Position numbers and translations under genes: made by a program. A DNA stretch of 56,212 nucleotides. Source: Octopus sinensis. Taxonomy: Eukaryota. Positions 13,196 to 24,185 of the stretch are shown piece by piece; position 1 is the first letter of the stretch, and every line of letters begins with the position of its first letter. Where the stretch lies: NCBI RefSeq assembly GCF_006345805.1, contig NW_021833707.1, positions 1 to 56,212 of the forward strand, given 5' to 3'. The notes below the pieces were generated by a model that was given only the letters and a program-made list of their open reading frames with translations, was not told the origin of the DNA and ran no database searches.

Positions 13196-14820
13196 GCGAG
13201 AAAGAAGCAACAAGAATGGATAGGTTTTTAGTACAATCGTTTCATACAAGGACAGGCTTTATTAAAAGTTGTAAAAATTACAGCATATAAACGTGTCCCG
13301 TACTCATCAGCTAAAATACATGTGAGTTCTCTAGACATCCTAGTGGTTGAGGCTATACTCATGAAGTAATGTAGATAATTAAGTAACATAAACAGATTTC
13401 CAAAGTTCATTAAAGTTCCTTAAAGATGATGTACAGTCTTATCACAGAATTTTAAAAAAGTTCTAATAGCATCACAGAGAAGGTGACCTAATCCATAGAG
13501 CACATATGAATTTCCAGAGATATGATGAGGGATTACATACTCACAGAAGACAAATTTATCCATTGTTAATCACAATGAGGTGGGTCTCAATTCCTGCTTA
13601 TTAGCATTACAGAGAGGGTGAATTAATCCTTTGTATAGATGCACAATTTCCAATGGTGTAGATGTAAGTTTCCAGAGAAATGAAGAGGAATTTCATATTC
13701 ACAGGCGATAAATTTATCAATGGTTGAACACAATGAGGTAGGTATCAATTCTTGTTATATGATTAGGTATTTGCCACATTAATCACATTACTGCTATTTA
13801 CAAGAGGCTGTAGCTATTAACTTTTAAATGCTGAAGGGCTTTCTAGAGAGGCCAAGAATAGAAAGGGAAGGGAATAGAAGAAAAGAGAGAAAATAAAGGA
13901 GGAGGGAGCAAAAAAGGGGGGGAGGGGACTAAAAGAGAAGAGAAAAGGAAAAAGAGAATAAGAAGAAGAAACAGAAAAAAGAGAAAAGAGAAAGAAATAG
14001 GGAAAGAAGGGAAAAAATAAAAATAAAAAGAGGGTTCTAGTTATACAGACGAATTAGTAGACGGCAAGTCTGGTTTTAATTTACAGGCATCTAGGAACTA
14101 GAGGAGAATATTATTCTTTGGCCAGTAAAACAGCTAATTATTGCTGTTGAAATCAGCTATGAATTTAAAGAGAATCTAAAGAGATAACACAGTCAGGGGT
14201 TTAGGGGTCAGATGCTAAAATCAAAAGAAAATACATTAGGAAAATCTAAGTATAATCCTATCAAAAAGTCAATAAAATTTACTTATTTAATTTATTCATT
14301 TTATTGTCTTAAGGAGTTGCCGTTATTATTCATACATTGACGGACTACAGGTCAAATCTTAGAAGGTCATTTACAAGGCGTTAGGGGATTGTCTATCATA
14401 ATGAAGATAATCATATTATCACCGAGGGGGTAGCCTTATTTATTTAATTTTGAAATAGAATTATGGGGCTATAGTATCTCATTTATTTTATTAGAGTTAT
14501 GCTACTTAAATTAGATTAAGTTAGGAATTAAAATTAAAAATTACAATTAAGATTTAAAATTAAGAATTTAAAAATTATGAGTTTGAAATTAAATAAAGCC
14601 TCAATTAAGCAGCGTATAAGTACTATTCATTTCCCTGTTCTCAAAAAACTGATGCAGATATAAGGAAAAAGATAACTGTAGTGTGAGAACTCTTAGTTAT
14701 CTACTTAAAGCAGTGCTATACTAGTAGAAATCAAGTTATATCTATCTATCTAGTTACGGCTATTCTAATCATTTAAAATATTTTAAAGTCTTCAATTTAG
14801 CGTGGACACAAACTTGACCT
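13196..14820. repeat. Left arm of the ~1.63 kb inverted repeat (PLE 3' pseudo-LTR)
   Basis: Runs GCGAGAAAGAAGC...CACAAACTTGACCT; reverse complement of 15565-17191 with only scattered substitutions and homopolymer indels; the identical 60-aa ORF appears at 13228-13410(-) and 16977-17159(+). Confidence 0.97.
13226..13316 (-). ncRNA. Minimal type I hammerhead ribozyme (left-arm copy, sense to the ORF)
   Basis: Reverse complement of 17071-17161: TTTTAG-CTGATGA-stem II-GAAAC-GATT-GTA-CTAAAA. Confidence 0.8.
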
Positions 14821-15551
14821 AGTTCGATATGATTATTCAATAAGTTTCTATGTCTTCTATGCTTTAGAATTTCATACGTCTCCATGGAGCATAGTTGGCA
14901 ACCAACCCTACTATTTTTATACGGAATTGCTCTCCTAACTATTTCCCAATTAAGGTTATAATTTTTATTATTATTTTTGAGTTCCCAGATTTTGTTTGAA
15001 AGTGTGGTGGTACCAGCTTTATGACGTAATTTAAAAGACGAGATGTGATTTCTAACTCTGGCTAGAAAATTAATTGTACATCCAACGTAAAGATATTTGT
15101 TATTCTCCGTGGATATGGTACATTTATAGATTACATTATTTTCCCCACATAGACCAGGTGCCGGGCATTTTGATTTTATTCTACACTTACACACAGGAGG
15201 AGCAACTTCAGGCTTTGGATTATTCTTGGGTAGATTTCTTAGGTTCCTATTATTTTGATTATCATTTCTATAGTTGGTGCTGATATCTAAAGTATTGCTA
15301 TTATTTATTGATCCTTCAGCTTCATCATTTAGGTTTAAAGTCCTACCATGATTTCTTATATTATTGGTAATGTTACTATTATTGTTAGTCTTTTTATCCG
15401 ACTGCATATTGCTGTTATAAATATCACTGATATTTTCATTCTCCTTATTTTCTCCATTTGCCTTATATCTATTATTTCTATTATTAACATTATTACTTCT
15501 ATTAATATCGGCATTGTTATTATTACTATTAATGTTAATGTTATTAGTCAT
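14769..15551 (-). CDS. Penelope-type GIY-YIG endonuclease domain preceded by an Asn-rich linker (RT absent)
   Basis: Uninterrupted 260-aa ORF: CKCRIKSKCP...C, NVIYKC (GIY box), YLYVGCT (YIG box), RVRNH, NWEIV, CQLCSME, LLN...CVH. The ATG is only 14 bp from the inversion junction, so this is probably the stump of a longer RT-EN ORF. Confidence 0.85.
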   Translation of the reverse strand: MTNNININSNNNNADINRSNNVNNRNNRYKANGENKENENISDIYNSNMQSDKKTNNNSNITNNIRNHGRTLNLNDEAEGSINNSNTLDISTNYRNDNQNNRNLRNLPKNNPKPEVAPPVCKCRIKSKCPAPGLCGENNVIYKCTISTENNKYLYVGCTINFLARVRNHISSFKLRHKAGTTTLSNKIWELKNNNKNYNLNWEIVRRAIPYKNSRVGCQLCSMETYEILKHRRHRNLLNNHIELGQVCVHAKLKTLKYFK

Positions 15552-15564
15552 TCTGTGGTTACTA

Positions 15565-17191
15565 AGGTCAAGTTTGTGTCCACGCTAAATTGAAGACTTT
15601 AAAATATTTTAAATGATTAGAATAGCCGTAACTAGATAGATAGATATAACTTGATTTCTACTAGTATAGCACTGCTTTAAGTAGATAACTAAGAGTTCTC
15701 ACACTACAGTTATCTTTCTCCTTATATCTGCATCAGTTTTTTGAGAACAGGGAAATGAATAGTACTTATACGCTGCTTAATTGAGGCTTATTTAATTTCA
15801 AACTCATAATTTTTAAATTCTTAATTTTAAATCTTAATTGTAATTTTTAATTTTAATTCCTAACTTAATCTAATTTAAGTAGCATAACTCTAATAAAATA
15901 AATGAGATACTATAGCCCCATAATTCTATTTCAAAATTAAATAAATAAGGCTACCCCCTCGGTGATAATATGATTATCTTCATTATGATAGACAATCCCC
16001 TAACACCTTGTAAATGACCTTCTAAGATTTGACCTGTAGTCCGTCAATGTATGAATAATAACGGCAACTCCTTAAGACAATAAAATGAATAAATTAAATA
16101 AGTAAATTTTATTGACTTTTTGATAAGATTATACTTAGATTTTCCTAATGTATTTTCTTTTGATTTTAGCATCTGACCCCTAAACCCCTGACTGTGTTAT
16201 CTCTTTAGATTCTCTTTAAATTCATAGCTGATTTCAACAGCAATAAATTAGCTGTTTTACTGGCCAAAGAATAATATTCTCCTCTAGTTCCTAGATGCCT
16301 GTAAATTAAAACCAGACTTGCCGTCTACTAATTCGTCTGTATAACTAGAACCCTCTTTTTTATTTTTATTTTTTCCCTTCTTTCCCTATTTCTTTCTCTT
16401 TTCTCTTTTTTCTGTTTCTTCTTCTTATTCTCTTTTTCCTTTTCTCTTCTCTTTTAGTCCCCTCCCCCCCTTTTTTGCTCCCTCCTCCTTTATTTTCTCT
16501 CTTTTCTTCTATTCCCTTCCCTTTCTATTCTTGGCCTCTCTAGAAAGCCCTTCAGCATTTAAAAGTTAAATAGCTACAGCCTCTTGTAAATAGCAGTAAT
16601 GTGATTAATGTGGCAAATACCTAATCATATAACAAGAATTGATACCTACCTCATTGTGTTCAACCATTGATAAATTTATCGCCTGTGAATATGAAATTCC
16701 TCTTCATTTCTCTGGAAACTTACATCTACACCATTGGAAATTGTGCATCTATACAAAGGATTAATTCACCCTCTCTGTAATGCTAATAAGCAGGAATTGA
16801 GACCCACCTCGTTGTGATTAACAATGGATAAATTTGTCTTCTGTGAGTATGTAATCCCTCATCATATCTCTGGAAATTCATATGTGCTCTATGGATTAGA
16901 TCACCTTCTCTGTGATGCTATTAGAACTTTTTTAAAATTCTGTGATAAGACTGTACATCATCTTTAAGGAACTTTAATGAACTTTGGAAATCTGTTTATG
17001 TTACTTAATTATCTACATTACTTCATGAGTATAGCCTCAACCACTAGGATGTCTAGAGAACTCACATGTATTTTAGCTGATGAGTACGGGACACGTTTAT
17101 ATGCTGTAATTTTTACAACTTTTAATAAAGCCTGTCCTTGTATGAAACGATTGTACTAAAAACCTATCCATTCTTGTTGCTTCTTTCTCGC
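15565..17191. repeat. Right arm of the ~1.63 kb inverted repeat (inverted pseudo-LTR copy)
   Basis: Begins AGGTCAAGTTTGTGTCCACGC, which duplicates the last ~17 codons of the ORF; ends TTCTTTCTCGC followed by (TA)n. Confidence 0.97.
17071..17161 (+). ncRNA. Minimal type I hammerhead ribozyme (right-arm copy)
   Basis: Stem I TTTTAG (17071-76)/CTAAAA (17156-61); CTGATGA 17077-83; stem II GTACGGGAC...GTCCTTGTAT; GAAA 17144-47; C-GATT-G mini stem III; GUA triplet 17153-55. Confidence 0.8.
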
Positions 17192-18676
17192 GTATATATA
17201 TATATATATATGTGTGTATGTGTGTGTGTCTATGCGTATATGTATGTATATATATTTTCGTGTGCGTGTGTTCCCCAGTATATGAGACTCTTAAAATGTT
17301 GAAAATATAATTATTAATCTCAGATGCGTGTCAAAGATAATTATAAATTTCGCATCAATCGTGAGGTAATGAACTGTGTGAAAGGTAAAAAAAAATAAAA
17401 CCAAAAAACAGAACATCTTTAATGCATTATGTGATTATACATTCCTGTGTTCAACATTTTAGGAAAATGGTCATATTTATTATTTTAGTACGTGAAATTA
17501 TAAAGTGAAGAGCGGACATTGAAGCGAACATCTCTGATACTCATTTATAAAGAAATAAATGAACCATCAACAATTCCAAACAGATTTGACAGAGAATACA
17601 AAAGGATTATTTTATATTAATTGTTTGTTAATGATTATATTTTTCGACAGAAAATATTCTGGGTCTCTAAGAATACGTGAATAAAATGACAATGCCAGCA
17701 TTGATTATTGCCATCATTACTTTATCATAAAGACAGTTTACTATTTTAAAGGTTTAATATACGACTTCATTAAATTATTAGATATATTCTTTATGAAAGA
17801 TGTCCCTAAGAAACAATGTAGATCTTAGATATCTTAGTTCTCTAATGAATATGTAATATTTTATAGAAAATAATGCTGCAAAATTTAAACACCATTTTTC
17901 AAATCTTTTAGACATATTCTGTCAGTTAAGTAATATTATAGTCTGCAATAGAGCGACAAATGGTTATGTTTATAATTGACATAACCGTACACTAAATGTG
18001 CTGAGAGTTGTGATCCTAAAGACATTAAATCTATGAGACTATTCACTGCCACCAAAATGAAGACAGAAAGAAAGCTTAATTTTTCTGAAAATATTGTTAC
18101 AAACGATAGTCACGGGAGCACATTTTCCCTTCAGGATATATTTTCATCCAAGCCAAAAGTTAAAGGGAAAGGTGAGATTGCACAGGCAATAAAAAGATTA
18201 TCAGTGAGATGAAAATAAGATAAAGACGCATCAGAATAACCCCATGAATAAAGAAAACAAACTGGGAATAAACGAGGTAATTATGAATGACAGGATTCTG
18301 ATGCAGTGAATGTCGTTGGAAAAGGTATGTTTAGGGCATGCGGTGCCAAGTGGAAATGAAATGAAATTGCGAATTAGAGGATTTCCTACAAGATTTGTTG
18401 CGTAGAAATACCCGTCACTTGAAACAGCGTATGACACTTTATTGTAAACAGATCTGATAAACTAGATGTAATTTGGGAGGCAAATCAGCTTGTACTCTGT
18501 GCTATGCACGAACTTAATCTATTGTTTTATGTATAGACCGATAAAAATTGTCATTTGTTTTGCAGTGAGTGACATTTTCTATGTAATGTATACATACGCT
18601 CATGGGCATATGGCGTAGTGGTTAAGAGCGCGGGCTACTAATCCCAAGATTCCGAGTTCGATTCCAGGCATTGACC

Positions 18677-18709
<33 letters not shown>

Positions 18710-19262
18710 GCCCTGATGCAGTACCAGACAGTGGCTCTCATGGCTCCTAATCTTAACTGATTGGAAGTGTTATCATGTACATTGTTTTGTCTTGGTATAA
18801 AAAATGGGCTACATTAAATATTCTGCTCAATACCACAGATTTGCTTGTCAGTTGTTTGACCATAACCAGTTGTGCACATCCCTTCGTGTCTGACGATATG
18901 TGCATCTCTGATCACGAGCAGAAGTAGTGGGGGAGCATCATAGCCGTGTGTTGAGAGGGATTCTTTGGGGTTTGAATAATTCACCTCTGGAAACACGTGT
19001 TTTTCGTTCAACATCCTTAAACAATCCTTATTCAGGAACTTTTTGAGTGGGATGGGCTACTGGACCAGAAGAAAATTCTAACTGGGCCCCACCTGCAAGG
19101 TCATGTGCTGTTTATCTTGATATGAGATCACCATGTCGCGCACATATGGTTGTGATGCATGTGCCTGGTGTACCCTTATCAGACTGGTCATCATGATGGG
19201 TATACTGGGCTTTGTATATTTTACCCCAGTGTTACTTGGATGTTATGCACTGCTCTCTCACT
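18710..19262 (+). repeat. Probable interspersed repeat inserted in the (AAT)n tract
   Basis: GC-richer ~550-bp block bounded by (AAT)n on both sides; no credible ORF. Repeat status is inferred, as there is no second copy in this window. Confidence 0.4.
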
Positions 19263-19360
19263 TAATGATGATGATAATAATAATAATAATAATATAATAA
19301 TAATAACAACTTCTAAAAATACTTTATGATTAAGAATCCAGGTTCGAAATTTCCCCAAGA

Positions 19361-19405
19361 CAACTGATGAAGGCTTGGAGGGTATATCAGCCGAAGCGTT
19401 GTGTT
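19361..19405 (+). ncRNA. Degenerate hammerhead-like motif
   Basis: CAA-CTGATGA-A-GGCT...AGCC-GAAG-CG-TTG; GAAG replaces GAAA and stem III is essentially absent. Confidence 0.4.
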
Positions 19406-20687
19406 AACAACAAACAAGATGAGGACAAATATCCGGCAAATGTAAATAATGTAATGTAAACAAAGTTCTCTTGCTACAGCTTGGTTATGAACGGAAGTCT
19501 TTGGAAATCTGGTCTAAATATTAACAAATTCTGAAAAAAAAAAAATCAAGTCAAGGTCTGTGCCCCTGCTTACCTGTTTAATATTCTCAGATATAAAATT
19601 TGATTTCTTAAGGTCGTTGGACGTAGAACTAGCGTAGCACCAATCATGTGTCTACTTTCATATGCGAAAATGTTCCACATTTGGGAAATTGTTCAGTTCT
19701 TTGACAATGTTCAGTGTTTTCCTACACTTAGTCAGTGACGAGAGAGATGAGTAGGGCCTATAAAAGGGACCATCGAAATCTAGAAATTATAAGATAACAA
19801 CAAAACAAGTTAACATTTTTATAACAAAATTTCAAAGTAATTTTGGTTACCATAGAAGAAGGAATATTTTCATCTCTAGTATTCTTCCCATTCGAAAATC
19901 GCTGGTTTCAAATAACGGCAAAAGTAAAATGAATAGCAACGGCAGAAGAGAAAGTGAAATTCAAATCTGATGATATTTACTGCCATGCTTACAAGGAATT
20001 CAAATTAATCTTGAGTTTGGCATATTAACATTCTAACTTTTTTGAAATTATATAATAATTATTCAATACTATTAAAGGTCAAGAACCAACTTTCCTTCAA
20101 ATTGTGGAAGAAATATTAAAAAAAAAAACGAGGAATTTCAGAATGTAACATAATTTTACAAAGACAAATAATAGTTTTCTGTCTTCTTCTAATGAATGAC
20201 AAATAAGAAAGTAAGAATTGAAATTAGACGCAAATGCTCAGATATACGTGTGTTTGCGTGTGTGTCTGTGTGTGCGTGTGTGCGCGCGCTCGCGCACGCT
20301 CGCACATTTGTGACTAGTTATAAATGTATAGCGTTGTTACGTTAAACTGTCTTATGCCCAAATTTGGCCATATGTGTTTCTTTCAATATATATTTTTGCT
20401 TGCAATAGCTGGTTCTTTTGGTCAAGCTATTATATGTCCAGCTACTTCAGATGCTAAGATATCAAAAATAGTCATAGTGTAGTACAACCATTTTGCTATG
20501 GAATGGGGAAACTGTTTTGGTTTCCTGAAAAATCAGCGTTTTGGACTTACGATACTTTTGTATAATAGCAACGATATATTCTTAGACTTGTTTTACATGA
20601 ACAACAGATTAGGAATTGATTCATTTGCAGTGAAAAATATTAAACGGATATCATAGTTAATTTTATAGAAATATACTTGCATAGTAG

Positions 20688-20988
20688 TGACTTGATCTGA
20701 GATCGTGTGCTGAAATAAGAAAAATTGCATCGTGAATATATTTGTAAGCCATTCAAGAACACACACAAAACTGTTCGTTTCACTTCCAAGAAACGATTTT
20801 CCTCAGAGTTTTGATAGCCTGGCTGAAGCTTTCGGAATTACGGAGATGTACTTGCATAACAAATGACTTGATCTGAGATCCTGTGCTAAAACAAAAACAA
20901 CCGCAGCATGGAAGATATTTGTGAGCCATTCAATTGAAAATTTAATTGTTGAAGTGAAACTAACAGTTTTTGTGTATTCTTCAATGGG
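20688..20988. repeat. Rearranged MITE-like repeat (direct plus inverted copies)
   Basis: TGACTTGATCTGAGATC...GCCATTCAA at 20688-20756 and 20864-20933; 20748-20787 is inverted at 20951-20988. Confidence 0.65.
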
Positions 20989-21333
20989 TTTCTTCCACGC
21001 TGTGATGGTTAATGTGTTTAGAGGTTTAAATTTCTGTAGCAACAGTAAAACAAAATGGGACCTAGTGATCTAAGAATACGTTCTGAGAAAATGTCCTAGG
21101 TTTGTCATGATCCATTGAGAACCTAATATATTTCTACTGAACGTGCGTTACAAATGCTATCTGTAAAACCAGAGGAGAAACATTCTTAAATGAAGCTGAA
21201 GTGAATTTCTATGATTGAAACACTGGAATTATTAATAATTTTCATTAGTCAATCTATTTTTGCAGAACATAATGAATTTAGCTGAATATATCGCACGTAT
21301 TTCTCAGTCAATGAAACTAATGTTTTTCGGTGG

Positions 21334-21365
<32 letters not shown>

Positions 21366-21801
21366 TTACAGGCAGAGATAGAGGCGGGGAGAAGTTATGG
21401 AATGGAATGGAAGAAAGATTTGTGGTGGAATTCAGATACAGAAGAATAAATGAGGGGAAAGCCATGATTGAAAGAGAAAAAAGAAATATTTTTTACAATA
21501 AAAATATCATTAAAATCAATGAGTTGACTAAGAATGATGTAAATAGATGTCTTCTAAATTTAGTTTATATATTCATATATTCATTGGAGTTCAGGAATTG
21601 AGATATTTTCACTATTGTTTCCACGTAAACTAAATGAAATTTTCAAACGAACAGCATAACTACATATTATACAAAAATGGGACTGCGAAACACATACGCA
21701 GATACGCACACACATACACAATATACATATATATATATATAATGTGTGTGTGTGTGTGTAGATACATATAATTAATGCGTATTTACATATATATATATAT
21801 A

Positions 21802-22209
21802 CTCTTTTACTCTTTTACTTGTTTCAGTCATTTGACTGCGGCCATGCTGGAGCACCACCTTTAGTCGAGCAAATCGACCCCGGGACTTATTCATTGTAAG
21901 CCCAGTACTTATTCTATCGGTCTCTTTTGCCGAACCGCTAAGTGACGGGGATGTAAACACACCAGCATCGGTTGTCAAGCAATGCTAGGGTGACAAACAC
22001 AGACACACAAACACATACACACACTCTTATATATATATATACATATATACGACAGGCTTCTTTCAGTTTCTGTCTACCAAATCCACTCACAAGGCATTGG
22101 TCGGCCCGGGGCTATAGCAGAAGACACTTGCCCAAGATGCCACGCAGTGGGACTGAACCCGGAACCATGTGGCTGGTTAGCAAGCTACTTACCACACAGC
22201 CACTCCTGC
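21802..22209 (-). mobile_element. Full-length tRNA-derived SINE (family A)
   Basis: Minus-strand head GCAGGAGTGGCTGTGTGGTAAG...GGGTTCAGTCCC (A and B boxes), internal (TG/TA)n, tail GAAACAAGTAAAAGAGTAAAAGAG; several homologues in the window. Confidence 0.9.
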
Positions 22210-22223
22210 TGTGTATATATATA

Positions 22224-22291
<68 letters not shown>

Positions 22292-22948
22292 TTTAATAGA
22301 TATATACTTTAATAGGTTATTCTTACCATTATTAAAAATAACAATAATAATGAAGTGGTCATAAAAACTTCACATAAATAGGCAAAATATACATATAAAT
22401 TAGGGGATTGAAATACCAGCTTGCTAGAAATAGGAGTCAATACCTGTAGTGTTGACACCTATTTCTCTAATTTATATATGTACATATATTTGTGTGTATT
22501 AGCAATCTTACGGATTTCACCGACGTGGAAATTGCTAAAAGTTATGGTTGAAAATCGATTTTGCCACTATCCGCGGATGCTTCGGGGAAAATAAGTTGAC
22601 AAAAAAGACAGCCATGATCGTGACCAATGTCCTAAAATTGGAGCGACATGCGTGCACATTTGTAGACGTGCATAAATTACATTCTCTCTCTCTCACACAT
22701 ACATCATGTCTTTTATAGATAAATAGATAAGTGATTTAAAATAAATATATTTCAATTGTTTTGTGAAAAAGTATATATAATCTGATTATAAAATATAGTG
22801 TCTTTCAAAAACATCCAAAATCATGTTTAAGAAAGAAAATTACACTTTTATTTTGTGGTTGAAAATCGATTTTTATCGCTACCCTCCTAAAATAGAAGCG
22901 ACATGCATGCTAATTACATTCACGTACACACACATATATCTTGCCTTT

Positions 22949-22993
<45 letters not shown>

Positions 22994-23000
22994 ATATGTA

Positions 23001-23033
<33 letters not shown>

Positions 23034-23058
23034 GGTGTGTGTGTGTGTGTATTATGTC

Positions 23059-23275
23059 TTTTCTTTTATATTTTACTAGTTTAAGTCATTTGATTGTGGC
23101 CGTGCTGGGGCATCGCCTAACACTGTTTTAGTCGAATAAATTGATACCAGAATTTATTTTTAAACCTTGTACTTATTCTATCGGACTCTTTTCCCAAACC
23201 GGGGACGTAAACACACTAACACCAGTTGTGGGTCGGACAAACTCAGACACAAACACGCTCACACACACACACATT
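23059..23275 (-). mobile_element. SINE family A, 3' half
   Basis: Aligns by eye to 21802-22020 (AGTCATTTGA, TACTTATTCTATCGG, GGGGACGTAAACAC). Confidence 0.75.
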
Positions 23276-23284
23276 TGGCACTAC

Positions 23285-23584
23285 AGTGACTTAGGGTGCA
23301 CGTCAGCACCACCATTGCTAGAAATAAGAGCCAAAACAACTCTTAGTTACGGTCGAGCACTTATCTAATGCTGACAATGGAGACAAAATCCATTGTAAGG
23401 GTTCTAATGAAGGGTCACTGATGAGGTTTCATCAAATCCGAAATCACTGAGAATCAGACTCGATCACACCTGTTGCAGGGAGTTTGTCTCCCTTGTCAGT
23501 CATTAGATAAAGTCTTGCCCACGGTCAAGAAATATTGTGACTCATTTCCAGCAATGCTCATTCTGACTTGCACCCTTCGTCACT
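23285..23584 (+). repeat. ~300-nt imperfect rod-like hairpin with a hammerhead-like core in its loop
   Basis: AGTGACTTAGGGTGCACGTCAG...TTATCTAATGCTGACAATGGAGACAAA pairs with TTTGTCTCCCTTGTCAGTCATTAGATAA...CTGACTTGCACCCTTCGTCACT; CTGATGA (23418-24) ...GAAA (23440-43) lies in the centre. Confidence 0.7.
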
Positions 23585-23950
23585 TTAATGAGGATTGTAC
23601 TTGTGCCATTTGGTTGTAAGCCACCTTAATAGTGTTTGCGACTAAGGATGAGGAAACTAGCTCAAAACTGAATTGGTCCCGTCGTCCTGTCGTCTGCTGG
23701 AGAGTCCTATGTGTTCGCTCCTCGGCTGGGGTTAAACTAGTAGTAACATTGAATAGTCATATTGATGTGGCGATTAATTTTACTAGCTGTGTGGCATCAA
23801 TCAGGGCAGGCTGTGTCACTTAAGATGCACAATACCCTACCTTTATGTCACAGAGCAGGATGGGTCGAAGCAATCGCTGTGCTAAATAAAAATTCGTACT
23901 AAATCCATCTTCCGTTTCTTTTATCACCTTTATATATATGTATACATACA

Positions 23951-24099
23951 ATAGGCCTCTTTGAATTTCCATCTATCAATTCCATTCACAAGGATATGGT
24001 GGGATCGAAACTATAATAGAAGACACTTGCCAAGCAGGGGAGCTGAACCCAGAAAGGTAATTGGGAAGGAAACGTTTTACCACACGGCCATGCCTGGAT

Positions 24100-24143
<44 letters not shown>

Positions 24144-24185
24144 TCTTTTGTTCTTTTACTTGTTTCAATCATTTGACGGCAGCCA
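23951..24185 (-). mobile_element. SINE family A fragments (decayed head plus tail) around (CA)n
   Basis: AGAAGACACTTGCC...TTACCACACGGCCATGCCTG and CTTTTACTTGTTTCAATCATTTGAC match 21802-22209. Confidence 0.7.

Larger units (their letters stand above)
13068..17191 (-). mobile_element. Penelope-like retroelement, 5'-truncated, with inverted pseudo-LTRs and an endonuclease-only ORF
   Basis: GIY-YIG ORF at 14769-15551; inverted arms 13196-14820 and 15565-17191; one hammerhead per arm; unduplicated 3' tail 13068-13195; both ends abut (TA)n. Confidence 0.9.
18591..19448 (+). mobile_element. Composite SINE-like element: tRNA-like head, (AAT)n, internal segment, (AAT)n, hammerhead-like tail
   Basis: A box TGGCGTAGTGG and B box GAGTTCGATTCC at 18604-18675; CTGATGA...GAAG motif at 19361-19405; ATGTAATGTA at both 18581-18590 and 19449-19458. 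Confidence 0.55.

Noticed and set aside
13228-13410. Identical 60-aa ORF here and at 16977-17159
   Set aside because: Identity follows from the inverted repeat; it overlaps the hammerhead and has no recognisable protein features.
13196-17191. DNA transposon with long TIRs, or a homing endonuclease gene
   Set aside because: The arms start inside the ORF end, carry hammerheads and are asymmetric at the outer ends; there is no transposase. This fits a PLE inverted pseudo-LTR.
18604-18675. Possible tRNA gene
   Set aside because: A and B boxes are present, but the acceptor, anticodon and T stems pair poorly and (AAT)n follows; treated as a SINE head.
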